From the NCBI GenBank assembly GCA_947628785.1, contig CANRBE010000002.1, positions 1 to 46,184 of the forward strand: a DNA stretch of 46,184 bases. Direction: 5' to 3'. How positions within the stretch are numbered: position 1 is the first letter of the stretch; every line of letters begins with the position of its first letter. The stretch is from an uncultured Bacilli bacterium. GTDB taxonomy: Bacteria; Bacillota_I; Bacilli_A; RF39; UBA660. The notes beneath the pieces were generated by a model. That model saw only the letters and a list, made by a program, of their open reading frames with translations. It was not told where the DNA came from and did not search any database. Of the stretch, positions 26,328 through 36,532 are shown piece after piece. Position numbers and translations under genes: made by a program.

Positions 26328-28931
26328 TTGATTAAAATAGAAGCATTTAATAAAGAAATAGATGAAGTGTTAAACGAGTTAAATACTAAAGAAGATGGAC
26401 TAGATGAAGAAGAAGTTATTAAAAGACAAAAAAAATATGGATTAAATATTCTCCCAAAAGAAGAAAAAACTAGTGTTTTTAAAATATTTATCAATGAATT
26501 TTTAGATCCGATAGTTATTCTTTTATTAGTAGCTATAATATTTTCATTTATTGCAGGAGAAGTAATAGATGCAATTGCTATTTTTTTGATAGTTATAGTA
26601 GATGTTATAATGGGAACTTATGAGGAAAATAAAGCTAATAATACAGCTGAAGCCTTAGAAAAATTAGTTACTGTAATGGTAAGAGTTATAAGAAATAAAA
26701 AAGAGGTAGAAGTTAAAAGTGAAGAATTAGTAATAGGTGATATTTGCCTTTTAGAATCGGGAGATAAAATAAGCGCTGATATGCGAATAATCGATTCACA
26801 TAACTTAATGGTAAATGAAGCTATACTTACAGGAGAAAGTGTAGAAATAGAAAAAAATAGTAAAAAATTATCTAAAGAAAATCTTTCTATTACCGAACAA
26901 AATAATATTTTATTTTCTGGAACTACCATTGTAAAAGGTCGAGCTAAAGCAGTAGTTATAAAAACATCTTTAGATACTGAAATAGGTCATATAGCAGATA
27001 CTCTATCTAAAACTAAAGAAGAAAAATCTCCTTTGACTTTAAGAGTTGAAAAATTATCTAAACAAATAAGTATACTCGTATTAGCAGTTGCTTTTATAAT
27101 TACTGTACTTTTGATAAGTAAAGGAGTAGCATTAAATGAAGTATTTTTATCAGTAATTGCTTTAGCTGTATCAGCTATGCCAGAAGGACTTCCTTTAGCG
27201 CTTACTATGGCTCTTACAATTGCTTCAAATCGGATGGCTAAAAAAAATGTAGTGGCTAAAAAATTACATTCAGTAGAGTCTTTAGGAAGTTGTACAACAA
27301 TAATGAGTGATAAAACAGGTACATTAACAGTAAATAAACAAACCGCTAAAAAAATATTATTTCCAACTGGTGAAGTTTTTGAAATAGATAAAACAGAAGA
27401 TAATTCTGTTTTGGATAAAAATATAGAAAAAGCTTATCATATAGGTTTACTTGGAGCAATAAACAACGAAGCTAAAATAAACAAAAATGAATTTTTAGGT
27501 GATTCAATTGATATAGCTTTTTTATCTCTTGCTAAAAAATTAAAAGTAGATACTAAAAATATTAAACAATTAGAAATAATACCATATGAATCAGAAAACA
27601 AATATTCAGCTGTATTTTTTAAGGATTTAAAAGATACATACTGTACTATTAAAGGTTCTGTTGAAGTTGTACTTTCTTTTTGTAAAAATGAAGATAATAA
27701 AAAAATAATGGAACAAAACGAATTATTAGCTCGTGATGGTTATAGAGTGATTGCTCTTGCTAGTTCTAAAATAAAACCAAAAGAAAATTATACCGAAAAA
27801 GATATTAAAGATTTAGAATTTAAAGGATTAGTAGCGTTTATTGACCCAATAAGAAAAGAAGCAATTTCAGCAATAAAAGAATGTATGGAGGCAGGAATAA
27901 AAGTTTTAATGGTAACTGGAGACCATCCATTGACATCGTTTTCTATTGCTAAATCTCTTACTTTAACTGAAAACTTTGACGATGTAACAACGGGAGATGA
28001 AGTGGAAGAATATTTGAAAAAAGGATCAAATGAGTTTGATAAATTTGTTAAAAGTAAAATAGTATTTACTAGAGTAACTCCAATGGAAAAATTAGAAATA
28101 GTTAAATCTTTAAAAAGACAAGGAGAATTTGTCGCTGTAACTGGAGATGGAGTCAATGACGCCCCCGCTTTAAAAACTGCAAATTTAGGAGTTGCGATGG
28201 GAAGTGGCACTGATATTGCTAGAGAATCATCTAAGATGATTATTATGGATGATAATTTTAAATCGATTGTAGCGGGTATTAAAGAAGGTCGAATTGCTTA
28301 TGCTAATATTAGAAAAATAATTTTATTTTTAATTTCTTGTGGACTTGCTGAAGTATTATTTTTCTGTCTTGCCATCCTTTTTGATATGCCAATGCCTTTA
28401 GTTGCTATTCAACTATTATGGTTAAATGTTGTAACCGATGGTATTCAAGATTTTGCTTTATCTTTTGAAAAAGCAGAAGATGGGATTATGAAGAAAAAAC
28501 CAGTATCGCCAGATTCTTCCATATTTGATAAAAGTCTTCTTGTAGATATAATTGTTTCTGGTTTATATATAGGAATTGTAGTGTTTTTAGTATGGTGTTA
28601 TCTTTTAAATTATCTACATATGGATATTAATATGGCTCGTGGTTATATTATGGCTTTGATGGTATTTATTCAAAATATCCATGTCTTCAACTGTAGAAGT
28701 GAAACATTAAGTGCTTTTAAAATACCTGTAACTAAAAATAAATTAATACTTTTTGGGGTAGCTGCCTCTATTGGACTTCATTTGATAATAATGGAAGTTC
28801 CAATACTAAGTACGTTTTTAAAAACAACAACAGTACCATATATAGATATGTTATATTTATTTTTAATAGGATTATCTATTATAGCAGTAATGGAAATATA
28901 TAAAAAATTAAAAAGGAGGATAAATGGATAA
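26328..28931 (+). CDS. Cation-transporting P-type ATPase (P2-type, Ca2+-ATPase-like)
   Basis: Motifs TGES, PEGLP, DKTGTLT, TGDHPLT, VTGDGVNDAPALK. Ten predicted TM helices. The TTG start is uncertain because the SD AGGAAGGA abuts it. Confidence 0.9.
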   Translation: MIKIEAFNKEIDEVLNELNTKEDGLDEEEVIKRQKKYGLNILPKEEKTSVFKIFINEFLDPIVILLLVAIIFSFIAGEVIDAIAIFLIVIVDVIMGTYEENKANNTAEALEKLVTVMVRVIRNKKEVEVKSEELVIGDICLLESGDKISADMRIIDSHNLMVNEAILTGESVEIEKNSKKLSKENLSITEQNNILFSGTTIVKGRAKAVVIKTSLDTEIGHIADTLSKTKEEKSPLTLRVEKLSKQISILVLAVAFIITVLLISKGVALNEVFLSVIALAVSAMPEGLPLALTMALTIASNRMAKKNVVAKKLHSVESLGSCTTIMSDKTGTLTVNKQTAKKILFPTGEVFEIDKTEDNSVLDKNIEKAYHIGLLGAINNEAKINKNEFLGDSIDIAFLSLAKKLKVDTKNIKQLEIIPYESENKYSAVFFKDLKDTYCTIKGSVEVVLSFCKNEDNKKIMEQNELLARDGYRVIALASSKIKPKENYTEKDIKDLEFKGLVAFIDPIRKEAISAIKECMEAGIKVLMVTGDHPLTSFSIAKSLTLTENFDDVTTGDEVEEYLKKGSNEFDKFVKSKIVFTRVTPMEKLEIVKSLKRQGEFVAVTGDGVNDAPALKTANLGVAMGSGTDIARESSKMIIMDDNFKSIVAGIKEGRIAYANIRKIILFLISCGLAEVLFFCLAILFDMPMPLVAIQLLWLNVVTDGIQDFALSFEKAEDGIMKKKPVSPDSSIFDKSLLVDIIVSGLYIGIVVFLVWCYLLNYLHMDINMARGYIMALMVFIQNIHVFNCRSETLSAFKIPVTKNKLILFGVAASIGLHLIIMEVPILSTFLKTTTVPYIDMLYLFLIGLSIIAVMEIYKKLKRRING

Positions 28932-29562
28932 TATAATAGTAAATACACAAAGTAGTATAAAAATAAAAGGAGTTTTAAATTTATATTTTGACCCATATTT
29001 AATAAAGAAAGAGGTTAATGATGCTGATATAATTTTTATAACTCATGAACATTATGACCATTTTTCTTCTGATGATATCGATAAAGTAAAAAAATCAACT
29101 ACTAAATTTGTCGTACCTAAATCAATTAAGGAAATATTTTTAAAAACAGTGGATGTTTCTTTAGAAAACTGTCTTTTTGTAGAACCTAATAGGGAATATA
29201 AAATAGATACTATTAAAATAAGAACTGTACCAGCTTATAATACAAACAAAAAGTACCATCTTAAAGAATATAATTGGTGTGGATATATAGTAAATGCTTT
29301 TGGTAAATGTTACTATATAGCTGGTGATACTGATTCTTTAGAAGAAAATTCAAACATTAAATGTGATGTTGCTTTTATTCCAATTGGAGGTACTTTCACA
29401 ATGACTAAAGAAGAAGCTTTGGATTATGTATTAAAAATAAAACCTGATATAGTAATTCCTATTCATTATGGTAGTATTGTTGGAAATAAAGAAGATGGGA
29501 TTATATTTAAAAAATTACTACAAGAAAAAAACTCGGATATTAAAGTAGAACTTAAATTGTGA
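28924..29562 (+). CDS. MBL-fold metallo-hydrolase
   Basis: THEHYDH motif. 212 aa. Overlaps the ATPase stop by 8 nt. Confidence 0.75.
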   Translation: MDNIIVNTQSSIKIKGVLNLYFDPYLIKKEVNDADIIFITHEHYDHFSSDDIDKVKKSTTKFVVPKSIKEIFLKTVDVSLENCLFVEPNREYKIDTIKIRTVPAYNTNKKYHLKEYNWCGYIVNAFGKCYYIAGDTDSLEENSNIKCDVAFIPIGGTFTMTKEEALDYVLKIKPDIVIPIHYGSIVGNKEDGIIFKKLLQEKNSDIKVELKL

Positions 29563-29575
29563 TATAAAAATATAT

Positions 29576-29604
29576 GTAAGTCAAAAAAAGACTTGCTTTT
29601 TTTT
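29576..29604 (+). terminator. Terminator after the MBL gene
   Basis: GTAAGTC-aaaaaaa-GACTTGC (one G-U pair) plus T8. Confidence 0.55.
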
Positions 29605-29691
29605 ATAAATAGTACTAAAATTTTAATAGTTTGCTCATACAATTATAAGGGAGGTAAAGGGTCTAAAAAATTATTTTGAAAGGATGATGTC

Positions 29692-31452
29692 ATGTTTAAA
29701 TTATTTAAAAATTTTAATAAAAAAGATGTTATGTTAATAATATTTTCTTTTATTTTAGTTTGTTTACAAGTATGGCTTGATTTAAAAATGCCTGATTATA
29801 TGTCTAAAATAACAGTATTAGTCCAAACCGAGGGAAGTAAAATGCAAGATATCTTATTAAATGGTGGATATATGCTTTTATGTGCTTTTGGTAGTTTAGT
29901 ATCAGCTATTATAGTTGGATATTTAGCTTCTAATATATCAGCTAGTTTTTCAATGAAAATCAGAAAAAAACTATTTGATAAAGTAGAAAACTTAGGAGTT
30001 CATGAAATAAAACAATTTTCAACTAGTAGTTTAATTACTAGAACAACTAATGATATAACCCAAATCCAAATGCTTATTTCAATGGGACTCCAAATGATGA
30101 TTAAAGCTCCTATTACTGCAATATGGGCTGTTACTAAAATATTAAATAAAAGCTTTCAGTGGAGTGCTATTACGGCTGTTTTTCTAGTAATATTATTATC
30201 CGTTATTGGTGTAATTATGGTTATTGTTATGCCAAGATTTAAAATAGTTCAAAAACTAATAGATAAAATAAATGGAGTAACTAGAGAAAATCTAACTGGT
30301 ATTAGAGTTGTTAGAGCTTTTAACGCTGAAAAATACCAACAACAAAAATTTGATAAAAGCAATAGTGATTTAACTAATTTACAATTATTCAATCAAAAAA
30401 TGTTTGCTATTTTAAGTCCAGTTATGTATTTAGTTATGTACTTTTTAAGTCTTTCTATTTATTTTGTTGGAGCTTATTTAATTAAAGAAGCACTTATGGT
30501 TGATAAACTAGCTTTATTTGGTGATATGGTAGTTTTTTCATCATATGCTATGCAGGTTATTATGTCTTTTTTAATGTTGGCAATGATATTTATGATGGTA
30601 CCAAGAGCTGGAGTATCAGCTAGTCGTATTAATGAAGTATTAGAAACTAAACTAAGCATTGAAGATGGAGATTTTAAAGGAGATACTAAAGAAAAAGGAA
30701 CAATTGAATTTAAAAATGTATCATTCAAATATCCTGATGCTGAAGAATACTTACTCCATGATATATCATTTAAAATAAATAAAGGAGAAACAGTTGCTTT
30801 TATTGGTTCGACTGGTAGTGGTAAATCAACTTTAATAAATTTAGTACCAAGATTTTATGATGTTACTGATGGTGAAATATTAGTTGATAATATCAATGTT
30901 AAAGATTATACTCAAGAAGCATTGCGTAATAAAATTGGTTATGTACCTCAAAAAGCTATTATGTTTAATGGTAGTGTTAAAGATAATGTCACTTATGGAG
31001 ATAATGGTAAAGAAGAAATATCTTTTGATAAAGTAAAAGAAGCTATTAAAGTGGCTCAAGCAACAGATTTTGTTTTAAAAATGGAAAATACTTATGATGC
31101 CCATATTGCTCAAGGAGGAACTAATATAAGTGGTGGACAAAAGCAGAGATTATCAATTGCTAGAGCTATAGCTAGAAATCCAGAAATATATATTTTTGAT
31201 GATTCATTTTCTGCATTAGATTATAAAACTGATTTTGATTTAAGACATGAACTTAAAAAATATACCAAAGATGCTACTAGTTTGATTGTGGCTCAAAGAA
31301 TTGGAACTATTATCAATGCTGATAAGATTATTGTTTTAAATGATGGAAAATGTGTAGGGATGGGAACTCATAAAGAATTACTTAAAAGTTGTGATATTTA
31401 TAAAGAAATTGCTTTGTCACAACTTTCAAAGGAGGAGATAGAAAATGCATAG
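29692..31452 (+). CDS. ABC exporter half-transporter (permease plus ATPase), subunit 1 of a heterodimer
   Basis: Six-TM domain, Walker A GSTGSGKST, signature ISGGQKQR, Walker B IYIFDDSFSALD. Confidence 0.9.
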   Translation: MFKLFKNFNKKDVMLIIFSFILVCLQVWLDLKMPDYMSKITVLVQTEGSKMQDILLNGGYMLLCAFGSLVSAIIVGYLASNISASFSMKIRKKLFDKVENLGVHEIKQFSTSSLITRTTNDITQIQMLISMGLQMMIKAPITAIWAVTKILNKSFQWSAITAVFLVILLSVIGVIMVIVMPRFKIVQKLIDKINGVTRENLTGIRVVRAFNAEKYQQQKFDKSNSDLTNLQLFNQKMFAILSPVMYLVMYFLSLSIYFVGAYLIKEALMVDKLALFGDMVVFSSYAMQVIMSFLMLAMIFMMVPRAGVSASRINEVLETKLSIEDGDFKGDTKEKGTIEFKNVSFKYPDAEEYLLHDISFKINKGETVAFIGSTGSGKSTLINLVPRFYDVTDGEILVDNINVKDYTQEALRNKIGYVPQKAIMFNGSVKDNVTYGDNGKEEISFDKVKEAIKVAQATDFVLKMENTYDAHIAQGGTNISGGQKQRLSIARAIARNPEIYIFDDSFSALDYKTDFDLRHELKKYTKDATSLIVAQRIGTIINADKIIVLNDGKCVGMGTHKELLKSCDIYKEIALSQLSKEEIENA

Positions 31453-33565
31453 AAATAATGTCCCCCAAAAATCTAAAAACTTTATTGGGTCAATTAAAAG
31501 GTTATTTCAAGAATTAAAATCTTTTAAAATTATTATAGTTATAGCTTTACTTTTAGCTATTACTGGATCTATCCTTTCAATTATTTCTCCAAATAGAGTA
31601 TCTAAACTTACTGATACCATATCTGAAGGATTAGTTGTTAATACTACTAATATGACTACTTTAAATAAAACTATTATGGATAAATTATCTTCTAATAATT
31701 TAAAATCTATTTTAGAAAATCCTGATTTATCTGAAAATGATAAAAATGATTTGGTTAAAGTAATGAGTGATAAGCAAAACTTAGTAGCTTCATTAGATAA
31801 ATTACCAACTAATACTTTACAAATTATTTTACCTGATTTTTATCTAGATAAACAAAAAATAAGTAGTAAGGACCAGGTAGCTTATTTAAAACTTGTTAAA
31901 GATTTAGATGAAAATACTAAACCAGAAGTCATTTATGAAAAAATAGATAAAATGCCTAAAAGTATTCAAAAAGTTATTAAACCTTATATGGATATTAATA
32001 AAATAAAAAAATTAGTTTTAATATTAGTTATTATTTATTTAGTAAGTGCTTTATTTAATTTTATTGAATCTATATTAATGACAGATGTTTCTAATAACTT
32101 TGCGAAAGATTTAAGAACTAGAATATCAGTAAAAATAAATAAATTACCTTTAAAATATTTTGATAAAAATCAAACTGGTGATATTTTATCAAGAGTTACA
32201 AATGATGTTGATACAATAGCTCAAACTATGAATCAGTCACTTGCGATGTTAGTAAGTTCAATTACTTTATTTTTAGGTACAATTATTATGATGTTTTATA
32301 CCAACTGGATTATGGCTATAACAGCTATAGTATCTAGTTTATTAGGTTTTGTTTTTATGTTTATTATTTTGGGTAAATCTCAAAAATACTTTGTTGCTAG
32401 ACAAGTAGAACTTGGAAAATTAAATTCTCATATTGAAGAAGTATATTCTGGTTTATTAGTAGTAAAGGCTTATAATGGTAAAAAGGAATCAGATTTAAAA
32501 TTTGATGAATATAATAAAAATGTTTATGATGCTAATCGTAAAAGTCAATTTTTATCAGGGTTAATGATGCCAGTTATGCAGTTTATTGGTAATTTTGGAT
32601 ATGTAGCTGTTTGTATAGTAGGAGCCTTACTTACTATGAATAATGTTATTACTTTTGGTGTGATTGTAGCTTTTATAACTTATGTTAGATTATTCACATC
32701 CCCTTTATCACAAATGGCTCAAGCAGTTAATGCCTTACAATCAACGGCGGCAGCTAGTGAAAGGGTTTTTGAATTTTTAGATGTTGAAGAGATGGATAAT
32801 CAAAAAAGTATTACTAAATTTTTAGATAAAGATAAAGTAAAAGGTGAAATTGAGTTTGAACATGTTAAATTTGGATATGATGATGATAATATTATTATTA
32901 AAGATTTTAATGCGATAGCTAAACCAGGAGAAAAAATAGCGATAGTTGGACCTACTGGTGCTGGAAAAACAACCATGGTCAATTTACTAATGAAGTTTTA
33001 TGATATTAAAGATGGTGATATTAAAATAGATGGTGTTTCAACTAAAGAACTAACAAGAGAAAATATTCACTCTTTATTTACTATGGTGTTACAGGATACT
33101 TGGTTATTCAATGGAACTATTAAAGAAAATATTATTTATAATCGTGAAAATGTTAGTGATGAAAGAGTAAAAGAAGTTTGTGATATTGTTGGACTTACTC
33201 ATTTCATTAAAACAACTAGTAAGGGATTAGATACTGTAATTACCGAAAATGATAATGTGGCTGCTGGTCAAAGACAGTTACTTACAATAGCTAGAGGTAT
33301 GATAGAAGATTCACCATTTTTAATACTTGATGAAGCTACTAGTAATGTCGATACTAGAACTGAAGAGTTAGTTGCTAAAGCTATGGATAAATTAACTGAA
33401 GGTAGAACATCATTTATTATTGCTCATAGATTGTCTACTATTAAAAATGCTGATTTGATATTAGTTTTAAAAGATGGAAATATTATTGAACAAGGTAGTC
33501 ATGATGATTTGATGAAACAAAATGGTTTTTATGCAGAATTATATAATTCACAGTTTCAATTATAA
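31445..33565 (+). CDS. ABC exporter half-transporter, subunit 2, with ~130-aa extracytoplasmic insert between TM1 and TM2
   Basis: Walker A GPTGAGKTT, signature AAGQRQL, Walker B FLILDEATSNVD. Overlaps subunit 1 by 8 nt. Confidence 0.9.
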   Translation: MHRNNVPQKSKNFIGSIKRLFQELKSFKIIIVIALLLAITGSILSIISPNRVSKLTDTISEGLVVNTTNMTTLNKTIMDKLSSNNLKSILENPDLSENDKNDLVKVMSDKQNLVASLDKLPTNTLQIILPDFYLDKQKISSKDQVAYLKLVKDLDENTKPEVIYEKIDKMPKSIQKVIKPYMDINKIKKLVLILVIIYLVSALFNFIESILMTDVSNNFAKDLRTRISVKINKLPLKYFDKNQTGDILSRVTNDVDTIAQTMNQSLAMLVSSITLFLGTIIMMFYTNWIMAITAIVSSLLGFVFMFIILGKSQKYFVARQVELGKLNSHIEEVYSGLLVVKAYNGKKESDLKFDEYNKNVYDANRKSQFLSGLMMPVMQFIGNFGYVAVCIVGALLTMNNVITFGVIVAFITYVRLFTSPLSQMAQAVNALQSTAAASERVFEFLDVEEMDNQKSITKFLDKDKVKGEIEFEHVKFGYDDDNIIIKDFNAIAKPGEKIAIVGPTGAGKTTMVNLLMKFYDIKDGDIKIDGVSTKELTRENIHSLFTMVLQDTWLFNGTIKENIIYNRENVSDERVKEVCDIVGLTHFIKTTSKGLDTVITENDNVAAGQRQLLTIARGMIEDSPFLILDEATSNVDTRTEELVAKAMDKLTEGRTSFIIAHRLSTIKNADLILVLKDGNIIEQGSHDDLMKQNGFYAELYNSQFQL

Positions 33566-33588
33566 GGTAAGTTTAATCTTACCTTTTT
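33564..33588 (+). terminator. Terminator after the ABC operon
   Basis: AAGGTAAG-tttaat-CTTACCTT plus a T-run. Confidence 0.65.
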
Positions 33589-33648
33589 GGTTGTTGACAT
33601 GGTAATATAATTTTAGTTAAAATTAGATAATAATAGTAAAAAGAATTT

Positions 33649-33831
33649 ATGAAAAATAATCTAAAATGAAAAAATATTTTAATTGGAATTACTATTTTGT
33701 TAGTTATTATTTTATTAGGTGTTGTTATATGGCAAGTTTGGATGATTAAAAGTAAAAATAAATCTAGTAATCTTTCAATTGAAAAAGAAGATAATATTTG
33801 GAAAATAAAACAATGGGAAATCGATATTTAA
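33649..33831 (+). pseudogene. Small single-TM protein gene interrupted by an in-frame TGA (or rescued by a -1 slip in an A6 run)
   Basis: In one frame: ATG(33649) KNNLK TGA(33667) KNILIGITILLVIILLGVVIWQVWMIKSKNKSSNLSIEKEDNIWKIKQWEIDI stop. A second ATG at 33666 would be in frame if the A6 run (33669-33674) were A5. Flanked by promoter TTGACA-18-TAAAAT (33594-33623) and hairpin terminator ATGATAT/ATATCAT plus T-run (33834-33859). No SD. Confidence 0.3.
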
Positions 33832-33867
33832 AAATGATATAAAAAATATCATTTTTTTTAACTTATA

Positions 33868-33896
33868 TTGACTATTAAAAATATGTAGGTTATATT
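33868..33896 (+). promoter_or_regulatory. Sigma-A-like promoter for the sORF/DUF1848 operon
   Basis: TTGACT, 17-nt spacer, TATATT. Confidence 0.45.
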
Positions 33897-33914
33897 AAAT
33901 TATAGGTGAATGTT

Positions 33915-33998
33915 ATGAATAAAAAATTAAGAATTGTTATTTCATTATTAATGATTATATTAGGAATAGTACTATTTTATTTTTTAAATATTAGGTAA
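33915..33998 (+). CDS. Candidate small ORF, 27 aa (MNKKLRIVISLLMIILGIVLFYFLNIR), single TM
   Basis: SD AGGTG lies 6 nt upstream. The stop is 4 nt before the DUF1848 start codon. Below the track threshold. Confidence 0.35.
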   Translation: MNKKLRIVISLLMIILGIVLFYFLNIR

Positions 33999-34002
33999 TA
34001 AT

Positions 34003-34887
34003 ATGATATTAAATGTAAGTGGTAGAACAGATATTGTAGCCTTTTATACAAAATGGTTTATAAATAGATATAAGGAAGGCTTTGTCGATGTTAGAAATCC
34101 TTATAATCCTAAACTAATTAGTCGAATAAATTTTTCTGATGTTGACTTGATTTTATTTTGTACTAAAAATCCTATTCCTATTTTGAAATATTTAAAAGAT
34201 ATTGATAAAAAAATAGTATTTCATGTTACTTTAACACCTTATAAAAAAGATATTGAACCTAATGTTATACCTAAAGGAATTCTTATTGAAAGTATAAAAA
34301 AATTATCTAATATTGTTGGTATTGATAATTTATACATAAGATATGATCCGATATTTATAAGTGATAAGTATAATATAGAATATCATATAAAAGCTTTTGA
34401 TAAAATGTGTTTTCTTTTAAAAGGTTATGTTAAACATATTATAGTATCTTTTATTGATGAATATAAAAATGTAAAAAAAAATAAACCTATATTAAAATAT
34501 CAACCTTTTAAAGAAAGTGATTATCAAAAAATAGGTATTAACTTTAGTGAAAGTGCTAAAAAAAATGGTATGACTGTTCAAACTTGTTTTGAAGATAGAA
34601 ATTTAAGTGAATATGGTTTTATAAAAAGTGATTGTTTGTCACATGAATTAGCTTTTAAACTAACTGGTAAAACTTATAAAAAATGGACTGCTAGAGGAAG
34701 TAAATGCAATTGTGTTAAAATGGTTGATATAGGTAGTTACAATACTTGTAAGCATTTTTGTAAGTATTGTTATGCTAATTACGATGAGCTGAAAGTAGAA
34801 AAAAATTATCAAAAGCATAATTGTAATTCATCTTTATTAATAGGAGAAATTAATGATGATGATATAATTAAAATAAGAACTAATTAA
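34003..34887 (+). CDS. DUF1848-family protein with C-terminal radical-SAM-like Cys cluster
   Basis: N-terminus MILNVSGRTDIVAFYTKWF and overall layout are typical of DUF1848. The C-terminal CKHFCKYCYA gives a CX3CX2C motif, preceded by CNC. Confidence 0.7.
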   Translation: MILNVSGRTDIVAFYTKWFINRYKEGFVDVRNPYNPKLISRINFSDVDLILFCTKNPIPILKYLKDIDKKIVFHVTLTPYKKDIEPNVIPKGILIESIKKLSNIVGIDNLYIRYDPIFISDKYNIEYHIKAFDKMCFLLKGYVKHIIVSFIDEYKNVKKNKPILKYQPFKESDYQKIGINFSESAKKNGMTVQTCFEDRNLSEYGFIKSDCLSHELAFKLTGKTYKKWTARGSKCNCVKMVDIGSYNTCKHFCKYCYANYDELKVEKNYQKHNCNSSLLIGEINDDDIIKIRTN

Positions 34888-34926
34888 TTATAAAAAAATT
34901 TATATTTGTGTTATAATTAATAAAGG

Positions 34927-35472
34927 ATGGTAGATAAAATGGAAAATAGAAAAAAAGAAATAGTTAAAATGTTGTTAAATAGAAATTTAGAAGAAAAAGA
35001 TGAAGCTGAAATACTTGATTTACTTTTAGATGAACCAATAACCATTGATGTTGATAAAGAAAATGATGCCAAAATGACTTTTGGTGACAAAGTGGCTGAT
35101 AAATTATCTGAGATAGCTGGTAGTTGGACTTTTATAATATTATTTTGTTCTTTTTTGATTTTTTGGATTGTTCTTAATTTATTTTGGTTAAAAGATAAGG
35201 CTATTGACCCATATCCTTTTATCTTACTTAATTTATTACTTTCTTGTTTAGCGGCACTACAAGCTCCTATTATCATGATGAGTCAAAATAGACAAGCTAA
35301 AAAAGATACAATAAGAAACAAAAATGATTACCATACTGATTTAAAAAGTGAACTTATTTTAGAACAGTTATATGACCATTTAGGGATTGTAATTCATAAT
35401 CAAAAAAAAATAATTACTCTTTTAAAAAAGATTGATGATGGTGATAATAAGGAAGAAAAAATAAATGAATGA
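34927..35472 (+). CDS. DUF1003-family membrane protein
   Basis: GSWTFIILF...DPYPFILLNLLLSCLAALQAPIIMMSQNRQAKKD matches the DUF1003 signature. Start ambiguous (34927 or 34939). Confidence 0.75.
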   Translation: MVDKMENRKKEIVKMLLNRNLEEKDEAEILDLLLDEPITIDVDKENDAKMTFGDKVADKLSEIAGSWTFIILFCSFLIFWIVLNLFWLKDKAIDPYPFILLNLLLSCLAALQAPIIMMSQNRQAKKDTIRNKNDYHTDLKSELILEQLYDHLGIVIHNQKKIITLLKKIDDGDNKEEKINE

Positions 35473-36349
35473 AAATAAAAAAATAGAACAATTTTTTGAC
35501 TACAATTTAAAAATAAAAAAACTTTTGAATGATATTATTCCAACTGAAATGGATTTTTATGATAAAAGCTATCGAACAAAATATTTAACTAAGTTATTGA
35601 AAAATTTAGAAGAAATAGAATCATATATAAGTTTGATTATAAATGATTATGATATACCAAATAATATAGCAATTAGTTTTTCAAGTAAAATAAAACAATT
35701 ACAAAAAAAGATAAATTCTTTTTCTTTTGTAATAATTTTACGACAAGGATATAGTTCAGTTTTAGATTTTGTTCATAGTAATATAACTTATATGCGACCT
35801 GAGTTTAATGAATCAGTTAAAAATGGATTTTATGGTTATCATCCATTTTATGGAGAAAATGTTTTAAATCCTATAACTATTAATGAATTTGCTCATTATG
35901 TTCATAGTTATGTTGTTAATAATCAAGACTTTTATTCAAAAGCACCTTTGGTTAAACAAGAAAAGAAAGGTCCTTGGCAAGGTATTTTTTTAAGAGGAAA
36001 GGATAATGAATTTGGTAATGACTTATATAACAAAATATTAAATACCAATATTCTTTCAGATAGAATGGACATAATAAATTTAGATAAAAAAGTAATTATC
36101 ATGGCTAGAGATTTGGGTCATTCAACTGTTATTGAAATAGACATTAATGAAAAATCATTTGTTAAATACTTTATTTCTAAAAATACTAATAAAGAAAAAA
36201 ATAGTTTATTAAAAGGAGTATATACTAATGATAAATTTGTTATAGGTAGTTTTGAAGTGGATAAAGAAAATTTAATTAGTGATTTGTGTCATTTGATGGA
36301 AGGAATTGCTACTGATAGAGATATGGTTTTTCATAGAATTAATAAGTAA
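35465..36349 (+). CDS. Hypothetical protein (294 aa)
   Basis: Start overlaps the DUF1003 stop (ATGAATGA). No family recognised. Confidence 0.5.
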   Translation: MNENKKIEQFFDYNLKIKKLLNDIIPTEMDFYDKSYRTKYLTKLLKNLEEIESYISLIINDYDIPNNIAISFSSKIKQLQKKINSFSFVIILRQGYSSVLDFVHSNITYMRPEFNESVKNGFYGYHPFYGENVLNPITINEFAHYVHSYVVNNQDFYSKAPLVKQEKKGPWQGIFLRGKDNEFGNDLYNKILNTNILSDRMDIINLDKKVIIMARDLGHSTVIEIDINEKSFVKYFISKNTNKEKNSLLKGVYTNDKFVIGSFEVDKENLISDLCHLMEGIATDRDMVFHRINK

Positions 36350-36387
36350 ATAGTAAGTATATATAATAATTTAAAATAAAAAATCAT

Positions 36388-36416
36388 AAAAAAGTATGTT
36401 TTAAACATACTTTTTT
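36388..36416 (+). terminator. Terminator after the DUF1848/DUF1003 operon
   Basis: AGTATGTT-ttaa-AACATACT flanked by an A-run and T6. Confidence 0.65.
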
Positions 36417-36532
36417 AAATAATGATACTATAAATTTTGTATTTAAAGTAACAAGAAAATCAATATCAAAAATAAAATCTACTAAAAAAATTTAATGCTT
36501 TAAAAGTAAAGTAGCTTTTTAAATTTTAAAAA

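Noticed and set aside
26618-28996. Minus-strand ORFs 26618-26929, 27788-28210 and 28778-28996 within the P-type ATPase and MBL genes
   Set aside because: These are antisense shadow frames of a gene that has every P-type ATPase motif.
29655-29667. Consensus SD-like AAGGGAGGT upstream of the ABC operon
   Set aside because: There is no ATG, GTG or TTG within 4-12 nt downstream. The real start at 29692 uses AAAGGA.
30474-32982. Minus-strand ORFs 30474-30728 and 32800-32982 within the ABC transporter genes
   Set aside because: These are antisense shadow frames.
33666-33749. 27-aa ORF MKKYFNWNYYFVSYYFIRCCYMASLDD from the ATG at 33666 as written
   Set aside because: It has no SD and an odd aromatic composition. 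The overlapping hydrophobic frame is the more gene-like reading, and it is reported separately at low confidence.
34917-35276. 119-aa minus-strand ORF overlapping the DUF1003 gene
   Set aside because: The + strand frame carries the DUF1003 signature. The minus frame is Ser-rich and low in complexity.
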